This document shows positions 13,301 to 26,705 of a stretch of 64,000 nucleotides of DNA, one piece after another (positions within the stretch are counted from its first letter, which is position 1; every line of letters starts with the position of its first letter). The notes under the pieces were generated by a model, which was not told the DNA's origin, searched no databases, and saw only the letters and a program-made list of their open reading frames with translations. The stretch is from positions 222,582,001 to 222,646,000 of the forward strand of contig NC_058368.1 in assembly GCF_018350175.1 (NCBI RefSeq). Direction: 5' to 3'. The stretch comes from Felis catus. Lineage: Eukaryota. The translations under genes and the position numbers were made by a program.

Positions 13301-13911
13301 AGAAAATTCATATCAAATATGGTTCATGTTACATGTAAAACTAAAAATCAACGTCTCTTTGTCTATTATTTGGATACAAATTTTTCCGTGAAGCTTTCCT
13401 TATTAATTTCAATTCATGATGGATTTACAGGAGAATAACAAATTTCTTCCCAATATTAACTACTGGGCAATTATTTTTATCAGCTTGTATAATGTCACAT
13501 TTTAACTAAGCATTCATATTGCTATTTAATTGTTAGGTACACGTTTTGCCTTTGCAACTGGACTGTGATGATCTTAAGGAAAACTTTTAGATCCTCACAT
13601 GGTGAATCCAGTACTTTAAAGACAGTAGAAAAATAATAATAATTGCTTGTTGCCTGAATTACCTCTCTGTTTCTCTTCCAAAGCAAGAAGTGCAGTGAAA
13701 AACGATCTTTCTTTTATGTGAAACAACTTTTTTGGGCAAGGAGCAGTTTTCCACACACATGGAACTTGAAGAAAAATGAAAATTAGATCATGTAGATAGC
13801 ATACTCAATGACACATGCCAGTTGAATACTAACTTAAACTTATTGCATTTTTATTTCCCTATAAAAACTATTTCATGTTCCTCATGGATGTTTTTTAACC
13901 TCAAAATATTC

Positions 13912-14123
13912 TTTTTTTTTAACGTTTATTTATTTTGGGGACAGAGAGAGACAGAGCATGAGCGGGGGAGGGGCAGAGAGAGAGGGAGACACAGAATCGG
14001 AAACAGGCTCCAGGCTCTGAGCCATCAGCCCAGAGCCTGACGCGGGGCTCGAACTCACGGACCGCGAGATCATGACCTGAGCTTAAATTGGATGCTTAAC
14101 GGACTGAGCCACCCAGGCGCCCC
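13912..14123 (-). mobile_element. Young felid Can-SINE
   Basis: Near-consensus body; TSD acctcaaa(a/g)tattctt. Confidence 0.97.
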
Positions 14124-15329
14124 ACCTCAAAGTATTCTTAATAGTTGCCTTGATTATGGCTGGTGTAAAAGTTGAATAGACTGAGGGGAAGAGAGTTCAA
14201 GCAACTTGGTTATGGTCATCTGGTTAACAGTGGAGATATGGTTGCAGACACACAGACCAGCGCTCCAGAGTCTGCACTTTTGTGCACTGGGCTCTGTTGC
14301 CTGTCATTAGTGATGGAATCTTACAAGTGAATTCAAATATATTTGACATAAGCATTTGTGATCTTTCCTGGTTGTGTTAGGCTGATGAGATCTGGAATTT
14401 TTATTTTAATGTTTTTAAAAATATTATTTAGCAAGTGATTTCATAAGAAAAGACAATCCAGCAAACAAAACATTTATAATATAATTGCAATTAAAGTTGT
14501 AAATGTATTGAATTTTGATCTTTTTTTCTTTGAAGAATTAATACCTTAAATATATTTGTGAGATAAGTGAAATGGTTATCTAAAATGTAATAGAAACTAA
14601 ATTAATATTAAAGTAAGTAGTTAGATAGATGTTGAGGATATTTGTGAAAATTCGGGCTTGTTTCCTTATGAATAGAGATGTTTCCTTTACTGTCCAGGAA
14701 AAGGCCATAAATGAAGGTAGCATTTATTGACCAAGTGATATGCATCATGAACTGCTAAAGGTGTTTTTCTAAAGCCCTTTAAATCCTCTCACATTCCTAT
14801 ATTGTATGTCTTAATACATCCACTTTATAGATAAGGATATAGAAGTTCAGAGATGTTTCAGTAATCAGAACTACTTATCAAAAAACAGGATTCAAGTAGC
14901 ATCAAATTCCAGATATTTTAATATACAAAATCAGAAGACATTGCATTAGATACTGAATACTTGGGTAATCTAGTTTCTTACTGATTATGCTAATGATATA
15001 TTAGTGTTCTGATTTTTCTGGTCATTACTGAATATGATTTTGGTGGATTTCAATCACAAAATGTTTTAGATGCAATAGTTTTGCAAGTCACATGAACAAT
15101 GCTTAGATAGATGGTTTTGACTATTAATATAAAATTGCATCTAGTTCTTGTATCACTTATAGTGTGTGTAGAAAGGTCATTTTTATGATGTGGGCATGAA
15201 CATTTCCATTTAATTGTTGTGATTTAATTTAATAATAAATTAATATTATACTTTAATAATAAACTCTATAATAATTTAATAATAAACTTCATGCACTCCT
15301 TATTAAAAAATTTGAAAACACATCTGCAT

Positions 15330-15470
15330 GCTCAGTCCTAACACTCACCAGGCCCATGATCTTTGGCAAGTTAGTTAGCTTCTCTGGGTCTCAGTTTTCT
15401 CAGCTGTGAAATAGATGGAAAGTATTTACATCATACAGTTAGGAATATTAAATGAGTTTATAGATGTAAA
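15330..15470 (+). mobile_element. MIR remnant
   Basis: ggcaagttagttagcttctctgggtctcagttttctcagctgtgaaatag. Confidence 0.7.
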
Positions 15471-17019
15471 AAAGAAAAGCAAGAGAAGGTCATACACAGA
15501 GTTAGAGATGGTAAGTGTTAGCTATAGTTAAAAACTTGTTTCTCACCTAACTCTCCTGGCAAAACACAGTTCAAAAGAAACAGTGAATATTCTTTTTAAA
15601 CAGTTTAATTTTCTCATTTAAATGCAGGCACTTTATTTTTGAAAGTCAGATTGTAGGTATTTGTTTTATTGCATGCTTTGTATTATTATAATCATTATGA
15701 AAATTTAAAAATTAACATCAGGTTATGTGTCTAGTGAATTCCATGCAGCATGGAGATTTTATGTGGTTTATTTTTTTCCACTAAGCTAGAATACTTACTG
15801 ACTAAGAGATTAGTATAAAAGACATAATATACTCATAAATATTTATTTATTTTAGTGAAATATAACAATGAAATTTAATTTTGTTTGCTGTTTGGAAGCT
15901 TGCTAAAATTGCTTTCCAGGTTCTTTATGGAACAGCTTATTAGCTTCTAGAAAGAATGCATACAGAAATCTCTTGCTTGCCTGTTATCTTTCCATCATCA
16001 TTAACTATGGTTGGGTTAGTGGAGATTTTTATTTAACTAGTGCTAAAGAAGTATAAGTATCTTTGTCATTTATTAATGAAAGATTAATATTCAATATCAT
16101 GATACCAATTAATCCATTATCTTCATTTATTTTTTGACGTTAAGTATTGCATTTGTCCAAAAATAATCCAAATAAAAAGACAGATATATATTGTTTTAAC
16201 ACGTATCAACAAATAATTGTAAGAATTTCTTCACAACAAGTAATCTAAGAAAATTCTGGCAACTACAGCTAAGGACTGGATATTTACTATCTTAACCTGA
16301 ATAACAATGTCCCCAAAAGTTTGTTCTTTGTGATTTTACAAAAAATATCATGTAGTAACATGATCCAAATAAATGAAAAATATTTCTCTCTAAATAACAA
16401 AAAAAAAACATTTAAATTCAAAGACATTATAAATTTATTATTCTGAACATTCAATATTTGGATATTTTGAAGTACACTGTGATTTTTCATGTTCTGACAT
16501 ATCACCCTTTGTGACTCACACTTTAGAAAATGAAGTCCCTCTAGTAATCATTTTACTCAATTCTATTCAAATATTCCATTTGAAATTTCAATATGTTATG
16601 CTTTGTGAATATTGCAGATTCATAAAAATTTCAAAATAAGTACCATTTCCCATTATCTTCTACACACAATAAACGTATATCTCTTATTTCTCTCTATAAT
16701 GGGATTAGTCAAGAGATTGCTTTTACATTTAACCCATCCAATAGATAAAAGATCCAACGATCATGCATGTATTTTTCATGTTGCTGAATATTGTCACTTG
16801 AAATTAATTACCAAAGGCAACACTGTAAATTGTACAAAAGTTTAAAATAATCAGAAGTGTTAATTAAGGAGACCCTGTATCACCAAATGTAGCATATTAG
16901 TCCAGTAAGCACAATGGCAATCTAAGAATAATAAAAGATAGTAACTAATGTCTAGACCTAAAATTCCTGAACACCATTAAATTTGGAAATCTGTTTCCTA
17001 ACCATAATTTATTTTTCAT

Positions 17020-18227
17020 ATTCCATACATTGGTTGTTGCTCATCAAGATAAGGGTACTTTTAATCCCCTTCATCTATTTCATCCATTCCCCCCATCCAC
17101 CTCCTCTCTGGAAACCAATAGTTTGTTCTTTATAGTTAAGAGTCTGTTTTTTTCTTAGTATTTGTCTCTTATTTTCTTTGTTCATTTGTTTTGTTTCTTA
17201 AATTCCACTTATTTGTCTTTCTCTGACTCATTTCACTCAACATTATACCTTCTAGGTCGATCCATGTTGCTAAAGACAAAATTTAATTCTTTTGTATGGT
17301 TGAACACTCTGTGTGTGTGTGTGTGTGCGTGTGTATACACACGCACACACACACACACACTCACACACACACACACACACATATACACATAGATATATGC
17401 AACTTTTGTTGCTTCCATAATTTAGTTATTGTCAATATGCTGCAATAAACATAAGGGTACACATATCTTTTCAAATTAGTGTTTTTGTTTTCCTCAGGTA
17501 AATACTCATTGTGGAAATACTGGATCATATGGCAATTCCATTTAAAAATTTTTATGACCCTCCATACTGTTTTACACTTTTTTTGCACCAATTTGCATTC
17601 TCACCAATGATGCATGGAATGCATGGAGTTTCCTCTTTCTACACATTCTTGCCAACCCTTGTTTCTTTTGTTTTTGATTTTAACCATTCTGACAGGTGTG
17701 AGGGAATATCTCATTGTGGTTTTGGTTTGCATTTCCCTGATGATTAGTGTGTTGAGTATGTTTTCATTTATCTGCTGACCATTTATATGTCTTCTTTTGA
17801 AAAACTTCTATTCAGGTCCTTTGCCCTTTTTCGTTGGATTATTTAGGGGCAGTTGGTGTTTAGTTATATAATTTTTTATAGATTTTGGATATTATCTCCT
17901 TATTGGATATATTATTTGCAACTATCTTCTTCCACTCAGCAGGTTGCCTTCTGGTTTTGTTGATGGTTTCCTTTGCTGTGTAAAAGCTTTTTATTTTGGT
18001 GTAGTCCCGATTGTAAATGGGATTGTTTTCTTAATCTCTCCTTCAGCGACTTCATTATTAGAATGTAGAAATACTGTAGATTTCTGCATATTAATTTTGT
18101 ATCCTGCAACTTTACTAAATTTATTTGTAAGTTCATCCAATGTTTCCTGGAGTCTTTAGGGTTTTCTATATATACTGTCATGCCATCTGCAAACAATGTT
18201 GTACTTCTTTACCAACGTGGATGCCTC
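17020..18227 (-). mobile_element. Carnivore LINE-1 3' portion with internal deletion
   Basis: 3' UTR and ORF2 C-terminus, then a jump near 18007 to the RT segment ([16 protein letters not shown]). Confidence 0.93.
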
Positions 18228-18228
18228 A

Positions 18229-18447
18229 GCATGATAAGCAAAAGCCACAGCTACCATCATACGTGATGACAAAAAACTGAGAACTTTTCCTCTGAGATCA
18301 GGAATACAACAGGGATGTCCACTCACCACTTTTATTCGACATGGTACTGAAAGTCTTAACCATAGCAATCAGAAAAGAAAAAATAAAAGGCATTTTATTT
18401 ATTGGTAAGAAAGAAGTAAAGCTATTATTTGCAGATGACATGATACC
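18229..18447 (+). mobile_element. Inverted L1 ORF2 RT segment
   Basis: Degenerate PLRSG.QQGCPL...VL..AIR.EK...GK.EVK..FADDMI on the + strand. Confidence 0.88.
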
Positions 18448-18545
18448 AAAAATAATCGTTTACGTTATCAATGAGTCAAGAGAGGAGCACAAATAACTAG
18501 TATCTAGGCTGAAACAATTTTTTCTTAATTAGGGAAGGTTTGTTG

Positions 18546-18589
<44 letters not shown>

Positions 18590-18591
<2 letters not shown>

Positions 18592-18760
18592 TATCCGAAG
18601 GACTTATGAAGGCAGGCAGCTCTATCTTTTGATTTATACATTTAGACCATTTCTACTTAAAGTAACTCTTGATATAATTGTTTTAAAACTTAACATTTTT
18701 ATAATCGTTTTCTTCCCTTTGCACTAGCTCTTTGTTATTCTTCGATCCCTTTCTTGGTCT
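18590..18760 (-). mobile_element. Old L1M fragment
   Basis: tttagaccatttctacttaaagtaactcttgatata resembles the antisense L1 ORF2 5' region. Confidence 0.5.
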
Positions 18761-18772
18761 GACTTATTGGGA

Positions 18773-18997
18773 TTTTTTTTTAAGTTTTTTTTTTTTTAAC
18801 ATTTATTTATTTTGAGAAAGAGTGAGCAAGTATGAGTGGGGGAGAGGCAGGAAGAGAGGGAGAGAGAGAATTCCAAGCAGGTTCCACGCTGTTGGCACAG
18901 ACCCTGACGTGGGGCTCGTACCCACAAATAGTGAGATCATGACCTGAGCTGAAATCAAGAGGCAAATGCTTAACCAACTGAGGCACCCAGGTGCCCC
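18773..18997 (-). mobile_element. Can-SINE
   Basis: Full body; TSD tgacttattggg. Confidence 0.96.
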
Positions 18998-20639
18998 ATG
19001 ACTTATTGGGTTTTAATTGAGCACTTTACATGTTTTTACTTTACCTGTTCCCGTAGGGTATCAATGATGCTTTAAAGAAAAAAAATGTTAATTTGCCTAC
19101 AATTTCCAATATACATTTTTAGTTCATCCAAATCTATCTTCATATTAATTATACTTCTTCACATTGGTGCAGTTACCTTGTTACATTTATTTCCACTCCT
19201 CCCTTCCTTCTCTTATAAAGTATTGTCATTCATTTAACTTATGTCTCTACCTTAATCACAAAATACAATGTTACCATTATTCCTTTAAACAAATAGTTAT
19301 AGTCAAGAATCAGATGGCCTTTTCACTTAGGTATCTCTTCTCTTCCCACAACTCATATATAACTACTTCTTTAGGATTTTAATTTCAAGAATACTGTTTA
19401 CCACCTTTCATGTAAGTCTATTTTAGGTTACTCTTATTAAAATACATCTTCTCATACTAACCTATTCAGATATTTTTAGAAGCCAATTCTATTTTACAGA
19501 ACATTTATAACCTCTCAGTTTCAAACCTTCACAAATCAAATAAGTAAGTCCCCTGTGTCTTCCAAATCATTAGTGAATATATGTGCAGCATAGTTTTATA
19601 TCATGTATCTTTTCAAGGACTCATGACCCCTTGCTCCCCTACCAGCTTACTAAGAGTATTGCTTTTGTTTGGTCAATGAGTGAATCACAAGGACTGTTGG
19701 GAAATAAGGTGCCTGATTTTACTGCAAATGAGAAGAGCAAGAGGCGGCTTGAAGAGAAGAGAAATAGAATGGGTCTATGAGACTAGAATTTTAGATGTAG
19801 CGTACTGTTAGAGCAACGTCCTATTTTATTAATTGTTTTGATGTGTATATCTGTCTTCATTTTCGTATGACTAAAATTCACTGGAAGAGAATAAAATAGT
19901 TGGTTCAAATTATTATAATAATATGTTATACTCGTGGATTAAATTGCAATCATTTTAGTCATTAAGATCATGACTAAACTTTGCGACTTCTTTTTTTTTT
20001 ATTCTGACTCAACCTGTATACAAATATCAGGCAATAAAAAGCTAATTTAAAAATATACTGATTATTGTTATAACCATCACGAGCAAAGCCAAGGCCTTTG
20101 ATAAAGAACCACAGAGATTCCTGCTTATGTGAACCTAAGAAAAATAAAAAAAAAATAGTAATGATGTTTTCTTCCTCAGATAAGTTGTTACATTTAGAAT
20201 ACAATTATAGATAGATTGATAGATAGATATAGATATAGATATAGATATGGATATAATCTTTACTCTCCAAATTCATGTACCAAAATGTCATACATTTGCA
20301 ATTCTTTTACTTCTAAATACCTCATATTTATTAATTGCAACAATCATTTCATTATTAAATTGCTATTAGCATAAAGTTTAAAAAAGATCTATTTGGTTTT
20401 AGCAGTAGTGAATGTACATAAATTAGATTATCATTAGCATGCAACGCATTTTACCATAGATAGATGATTTTATAATATTAACATCTTTAATAACTTAAAT
20501 GACTGGAACCATACTCAATATTCAATATCTTTTCCCAAATATGACACTATAAATATAGATAAAAATCAAAAGAACAATTTTTCAATATCTAATTAGATAA
20601 AATATGCAGAGTTGGTATATATTAAATAGTGGTTTATAT

Positions 20640-20840
20640 GGGGCGCCTGGGTGGCTCAGTCGGTTGAATGTCCGACTTCAGCTCAGGTTCACGAGTTCGA
20701 GCCCCGCATCGGGCTCTGTGCCAACAGCTGGGAGACTGGAGCCTGCTTCAGATTCTGTGTCTCCCTCTCTCTCTGACACTCCTCCCGTTCATGCTCTGTC
20801 TCTCTCTGTCTCAAAAATAAATAAACATTAAAAAAATTAA
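20640..20840 (+). mobile_element. Can-SINE with short internal deletion
   Basis: ggggcgcctgggtggctcag head; TSD aaatagtggtttata. Confidence 0.96.
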
Positions 20841-20877
20841 AAATAGTGGTTTATACACTGAGAATCACTAAAACCAC

Positions 20878-21318
20878 TGCTATGGGTTGACTGTCTCCCC
20901 CCCAAAAAGATATGTTGAAGTCCTAACTCCCCATACCTCACATTTGACCTTATTTGGAGTAAGGATTGTTGCAGGTATAATTATTTAAGGTGAGGACCTA
21001 CTGGAGTAGGGTTGGCCCCTAACCTATTATAGCTTCTATTTTTATAATAAGACAGAAGATGGAAACGTGGAAGATAAGGACATGTGATGGCAAAGGCTGA
21101 GACTGTGATGCAGTCACAATCCAAGGAACAATAAGAATTAACAGCCACCACTAGAGACATAAGGAGACAAGGACAAATCCCCGCACATGATTCAGAAAGA
21201 GCATGGGTCTGCTTGGTTTTGTACTTCTAGCCTTCAGAAATGTGAGAGAATGAATTTTATTGTTTTAAGCTACCAAGTTTGTGGGACTTTATCAGAGCAG
21301 CCCTAGGAAGCTAATATC
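20878..21318 (+). mobile_element. MLT1-family MaLR LTR
   Basis: tgctatgggttgactgtctcccc...gacttctagccttcagaaatgtgaga...gcagccctaggaagctaatat. Confidence 0.9.
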
Positions 21319-21477
21319 ATCATGAGGAATGTTTGGATATGAGATATTAGAGTAATGAGGGGTTGCCTCGATAATTCCTATTTCTTACCATATTGGGTTT
21401 TAGAATACATTGTACCAACGCGATTGCATTGAAGTATTTGGGCCGTGTAGATATTAAGAATGGAATAAATAACGTTT

Positions 21478-22015
21478 CGGTCATTCAACTAATATTCATC
21501 AAGTGTCTTTCTATGCCAAGCCTGTTCTAAGTGCTTGGGATACAGCAGTGAACAGTATTGACAATGTTTCTCCTACGATGAGGAAGCTGGAAAGACTGAC
21601 AATAAGCAAATGCAAAATCAACAAAAATAACAACAACTATGTTTTAACTGGTGATAAGTTTTATGGAGTTAAATATCCTGGGAAAGGCATCAGGAAGTCA
21701 AAGGCATCACGAAGCAGTCCAAGAATGGAGATGCGTTGCTATTTTAGGTAAGGAAAGTTCTCTTTGAAATGGTGACAGTTGAGGGCTCAATCACGTGGCA
21801 GTGGAAGAGGACTGTAGGAAGGGAGAAGAGAAAATGTCCCTAGTTTGGAGAAGAGGTGGCTTCAAGTGTGGCTGGAGTAGAGTGAGGAGTAGACCACTAT
21901 GCAGGCACAGGGAGATGGTGAGGAGCAGGGCCTTAGCCATGGTAAGAATCTTAGCTTATTTCAATTTAGCTGAGAAGGAATTGTTATTATTTGAACACTG
22001 TGGAATTACGTGATT
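21478..22015 (-). mobile_element. L2 fragment
   Basis: tcattcaactaatattcatcaagtgtctttctatgccaagcctgttctaagtgcttgggatacagcagtgaac. Confidence 0.75.
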
Positions 22016-22019
22016 GTGA

Positions 22020-22229
22020 TTTTTTTAAGTTGTTATTTTAAGAGAGAGCAAGCACATGCAGGAGAGTGGGGAGGGGCAGAGAGAGAGAGAGAGAGAGAGA
22101 GAATCCCAAGCAGGCTCCCTGCTATCAGCATTGAGCCCGATGGAGGCTCGATCTCAAGAACCAGGAGATCATGACCTGAGCTGAAATCAAGAGCTGGATG
22201 CTTAACCGACTAAGCCACCCAGGTGCCCC
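22020..22229 (-). mobile_element. Can-SINE
   Basis: Full body; TSD tgattgt(g/a)attt. Confidence 0.95.
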
Positions 22230-22340
22230 ATAGCATGATTGTAATTTAAAAGCATCATTATCACTGCCATAAAGAGACGAGACTATAGGAGACAATGATA
22301 GGAGGTGAAAGAACATATGGGAACTATTAAAACATCCGCG

Positions 22341-22767
22341 TGTGGCAGGCTGATTAACAGGCCCCAGAGTGTTCATGTCCTTATGTGTAAAGCCTGTGCA
22401 TGTTGCTCTGCGTGGACAAATGGGCTTTGCAGGTGTGATTAAGTTAAAGATGCTGAGAAATGAAGATGAACATGAATTATCTGGGTGAGCCCAATGTAAT
22501 CACAAGGGTCCTTATAACGACAGGAAAAACAAGAAATTCAAGTCTGTGAGAGGACAGGTTGATGATGGAAGCAGATGTTGGAATAATGTTTTCTAAAGAT
22601 GGTGGAAGGGGCCAAGGAATAGAGGTGACCTTAGAAACTGGAAAATTGAAAGAAACAGATTCTCCCCGGAGCCTCCAGAGAGCCCCATAACTGTAAGATA
22701 ATGCATCTGTTACTTTTGTCACTAAGTTTGTGGTAATTTGTTACAGTAGCAATAAGGACCTAATACA
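22341..22767 (+). mobile_element. MLT1 (D-like) MaLR LTR
   Basis: tgtggcaggctg...gattctccccggagcctccag...ttacagtagcaataaggacctaataca. Confidence 0.9.
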
Positions 22768-23346
22768 CCATGTGAGAAATGATGTTAGAAGGATATTAAA
22801 AGTGCATTTTCTCAGAAGGGTCCTGTTCTGATTACCTTTTGAATAAGCAAGATTGGCTAATTGCAGTGTGACAAAGGAGTCAAGAATAACACCAACATTT
22901 TACCTTGTGCAGGATATAATTTTCAGAAATTGTTAAGACTACAAAGAAAAAAAAAGCTGACTGAGCAGGAATGGAAAGCAGGGATTCAATTCTGTTTATC
23001 CAAAGTTTGAAATGCCTATTCAATATAGAAATGAATATGTATGATAACAAGTTGAATATATAAGAGGCAAATTTAGGGTGGAGATTAAATTAAATTATAC
23101 ATTTGTAAACCATTGGTGTACCACACACTTCACACATAAATACTTGAAAAATACATTCCCTAATTGAGATTCATGTAATCTTCACAAGACCCTGATTAAT
23201 TCATTATTTTAATGCCTGCTCCTTTAAGAAAAAAATCAGTGTCAGTTGAGGCTCAGAGATTCTAAAATCTAACAAATGATCTCACTTTCTGCAAAGCTCA
23301 TATGTTTCTTTATTCTTTATGTTTTACTGCCTTGTGTTTTGCAAAG

Positions 23347-23950
23347 TGTAAATTATGAAGATGTAGGGGGTTTGAGTTCAAGGTATTTAAGGGCTGATCA
23401 AAGACAAAACTATGACCACAATAGCAAGTACTGTAGACACTTTTTTGGGAGAGGGAATAACAAAAACAAACAAACAAACAAACAAACAAACAAACAAACA
23501 AACACCTGTTTGGACAGGGTTGCATGAGAGGAGAAATTACTAAGAGCATGAGACAAACCAGAGACTAGAGAATGGGGAGGGGTTCACCCAGAAGGGGAAG
23601 AGGGTGAGAGAATTCTGGGGGAGAGGGGAACCAGACAAGAGGCTACTATGTCTAGGTGATGTATTCAGCACAAGATCAGGGAGAATTTGGGTCAGAGAGC
23701 TCCAAAGGACAGTCTCGGGTGAGGGTCAGCAGACACTGAGATTTTATGGGATATGCAAACAGGCGGGATCTAAATAGTTATAAATCAACTTGTTTGAACC
23801 ATTTTTGAAATATTTGCATGCATAAAAATTATATACTTTGGTAGCAGTAGTCTTTTGAGCAAATGAGTCTTAGCCTACCGGAAAGAAAGAAAGGACCAAT
23901 ATTGGTTCGGATCAATACAAAAAGGTCATCTTTGGCTCCCTTATATAACA
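23347..23950 (-). mobile_element. Old ERV-class solo LTR (family uncertain)
   Basis: TG...CA bounded; minus-strand start tgttatataagggagccaaagatgacc; internal (AAAC)n. Confidence 0.55.
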
Positions 23951-24540
23951 GAACATAATACCACTTTTTAAGTAATTGTAAAAATCTGATAATATTAATA
24001 TTTTAAATATAGCTCAGCTACTCAAGAGGAAAGTAGAGAATTGGAGTGGTGAGCGTGATATAGAAAATAAATGTCTTAGAAAAGTACAAGTTGTATTTCA
24101 GGAATACCTTAGTAAAATTACTTCCTGTGAATATTATTTAGTACTATTATTTATAAAGTTACCTTCTCTTCTCCTAGTACCTCAACTCAAATCTGAGCCC
24201 AGGATCCAGCATCTACTTAATTAATAATGCTCAGAATACTAATTATATCATGAGCCTGCGTTAATGAACAGAATAGAATTATAACACGGTCTACTATTTT
24301 TCTGTTGCTGTCACTCGTATTAAAAATGAGCACTATATAAATCGGGTCATTTCTTTAGAACTGCAATGGCTGAATGAATCTATTCAAATACAGTGAGATT
24401 CACACATGGTACGTAATTGAGACAAAAATGAGGTGTAAAATAGTGTCCCGGAATATTTTACCGAGGAAACTATGGCCTGATGGATTATTAAGTATCACAA
24501 AGCATAATTTTTCAAGAGTTGTAAGAACCAATACAGGTAT

Positions 24541-24720
24541 GGGGGAGCCTGGGTGGCTCAGTCGGTTAAGCGTCTGACTTTGGCTCAGGTCGTGATCTCA
24601 TGGTTCCTGGGTTCGAGCCCTATATTGAGCTCTCTGCTGACAGCTCAGAGCCTGGAGCCTGCTTCAGATTCTGTGTCTCCCTCTCTGTCTCTCTCTCAAA
24701 AATAAACATTAAAGAGAAAA
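24541..24720 (+). mobile_element. Can-SINE
   Basis: Long TSD aagaaccaatacaggtat; part of the CT region deleted. Confidence 0.96.
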
Positions 24721-25244
24721 AAGAACCAATACAGGTATGCAACCTATGTTTTTCACAAGTACACACAGTAGAATACCAACACACCAATGATACATACACA
24801 AGACGTTTCGGTATTATAAAATGTCAAAAGTGTAAAAGCAGGTAAAACTACTAGCTCCAAATTAAAAATTTCGGCTTCACGGAAATCTTGTGATTTTGTC
24901 CTCATTTTCTTCTTTCATGGTGATGGGTAAAATTTTATTCATGGTCTACCTCCATCACACATCAGGCAGTGGGTGCCCATGAGTAGAAACTATTAGACCA
25001 ATAAATTGCTATCAAATGAATTTAGTGACACACATTGGAAGTTGTGACTCAGCAAGAAATAGCTGTATTTAAGCCTTTGGCCAACAGTAATAAATGCTGA
25101 AATGCTACTGTTCTTTGAGAACAAGATGTACATTTCAAAACTTAATACCACACGCAGCTCAAAATGTTACCAGTGTTGAGATGTATGCATATGTATATAT
25201 ATGCTTCTGTTACCTTCTCTTTCTCATTAAATATATTTTCTTTT

Positions 25245-25357
25245 GTTTCCTTCCTTCCCTCTCTTCCCTTCTTCCTCCGTTTCTTCTTTCCTCTATTTCT
25301 TCTTTCCTTCCCTCTTTCCTCCCTCCCTCCCTTCCTCCCTTCCTTCCTCTCTCTTTG

Positions 25358-25401
<44 letters not shown>

Positions 25402-25405
25402 TTTT
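25245..25405. repeat. (TTCC)n/(TTTC)n pyrimidine tract
   Basis: Direct inspection. Confidence 0.95.
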
Positions 25406-26184
25406 CTTGCAGGTTCAGGCCATGAAAGATGTGTACTATATAGCAGATTAAAAATGTGTAATTGAAATGTAATTATAATTAGTCAAAAGTCCTTACTTTT
25501 TGTCTAGGAAGGTCATTAATTAAAAAATGAAAAAGGCGTGATTTCCCATGTGTCAAATTCAGTACATATGGAATGTTGATGGAAACAAAAAAATGATTAT
25601 AACTCTACATTGCAAACAACAGTTCTAATGTGAAAAAATAAGTTAGCTTTTTACTAAATATTATAGGAGGTACTCACAGGACTGAAACTAAAGTGTGAAG
25701 GTAAAACAAAACAAAACACAGAATTTTGAACCGCAGGTTTCTTAAAATAAGCTTTATTACTTATGAGAAAGCACATGAGCTATAACCAGAGCATCCATCA
25801 GATCCAAAAACAATTCTCTGTTCTTTCTGTTTCCATTCGTGTATTCCCCATGTATCGTGCCCCTGTTCAGGGCAATACAACATTCTCATGAGATGTCTGT
25901 CATCTCTCTCAAGTTCTTGAGGTGGAGAGGGTTATTAATGGATACTGTGGAATTCAGGCATTCTGATTACAGAGTACAATACTATTGGAACCCGGCAGAA
26001 ATGATCTAGTGTGAGCCATATATCTGACACATTTCAGAACTGACAGAGCAATTCAGAAATCACAGCAAAGCTGAGTCTTTTTTATAAAAAATTAAAATCT
26101 ATTGAGTCTTTTCACTATGTTGAATGCCTAAAAAGCTGAGATAACTATTTTACAAAATTGACTTGAGGTTTTTTGTTGTTTATT

Positions 26185-26224
26185 TTCTTTTTCCTTTCTT
26201 TCTCCCTTTCTTTCTTTCTTTTTC

Positions 26225-26288
<64 letters not shown>

Positions 26289-26300
26289 TTTCTTTCTTTT
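26185..26300. repeat. (TTTC)n microsatellite
   Basis: Direct inspection. Confidence 0.95.
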
Positions 26301-26521
26301 CAAAAGAGGCATTTAGTTAAGTAGCTTTAGTGCCCAGAAAATATAGTAATCTTTTCAATCTTAAAGATTGAGTAGCATTCATACAGATAGAATATAATTA
26401 GGTATAATACACCTACCATGTGCCGGATACCTCTTTATATCTGGATGTGCAGCGATGAACAAAACATTTCTGTGCAAATGTATGCGCAGTAGCTGGAAAG
26501 AAAGAATGGAAGGTTGTATAC

Positions 26522-26705
26522 CAGGGTTTAGATTAGACAATAATTTGTTATGAGGTTGCCCTGTGCAGTACAGGATATTAAACATCATCTCTGGCTTCAA
26601 CAACCTAGAAATCGATAGCAGCCTTTATCCCCTCCAGTTGTAAGAACAAAAAATGTCTCCAAATGTACCCTGGGGGACAGAATTGTCCCCACTTGAGAAC
26701 CACTG
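26522..26705. mobile_element. MER20 hAT-Charlie MITE
   Basis: caaaaaatgtctccaaatgtaccctggggg...ttgagaaccactg; diverged 8-bp TSD ttgtatac / atatatac. Confidence 0.85.

Noticed and set aside
18550..18590. 41-nt poly(T) as an orphan retrotransposed tail
   Set aside because: No TSD found; it abuts an old antisense L1 segment that normally has a T run, so simple expansion is more likely.
25094..25465. 123-aa and overlapping F/L/S-rich ORFs plus an apparently strong acceptor near 25412
   Set aside because: Produced by the stop-free (TTCC/TTTC)n tract; no convincing donor follows.
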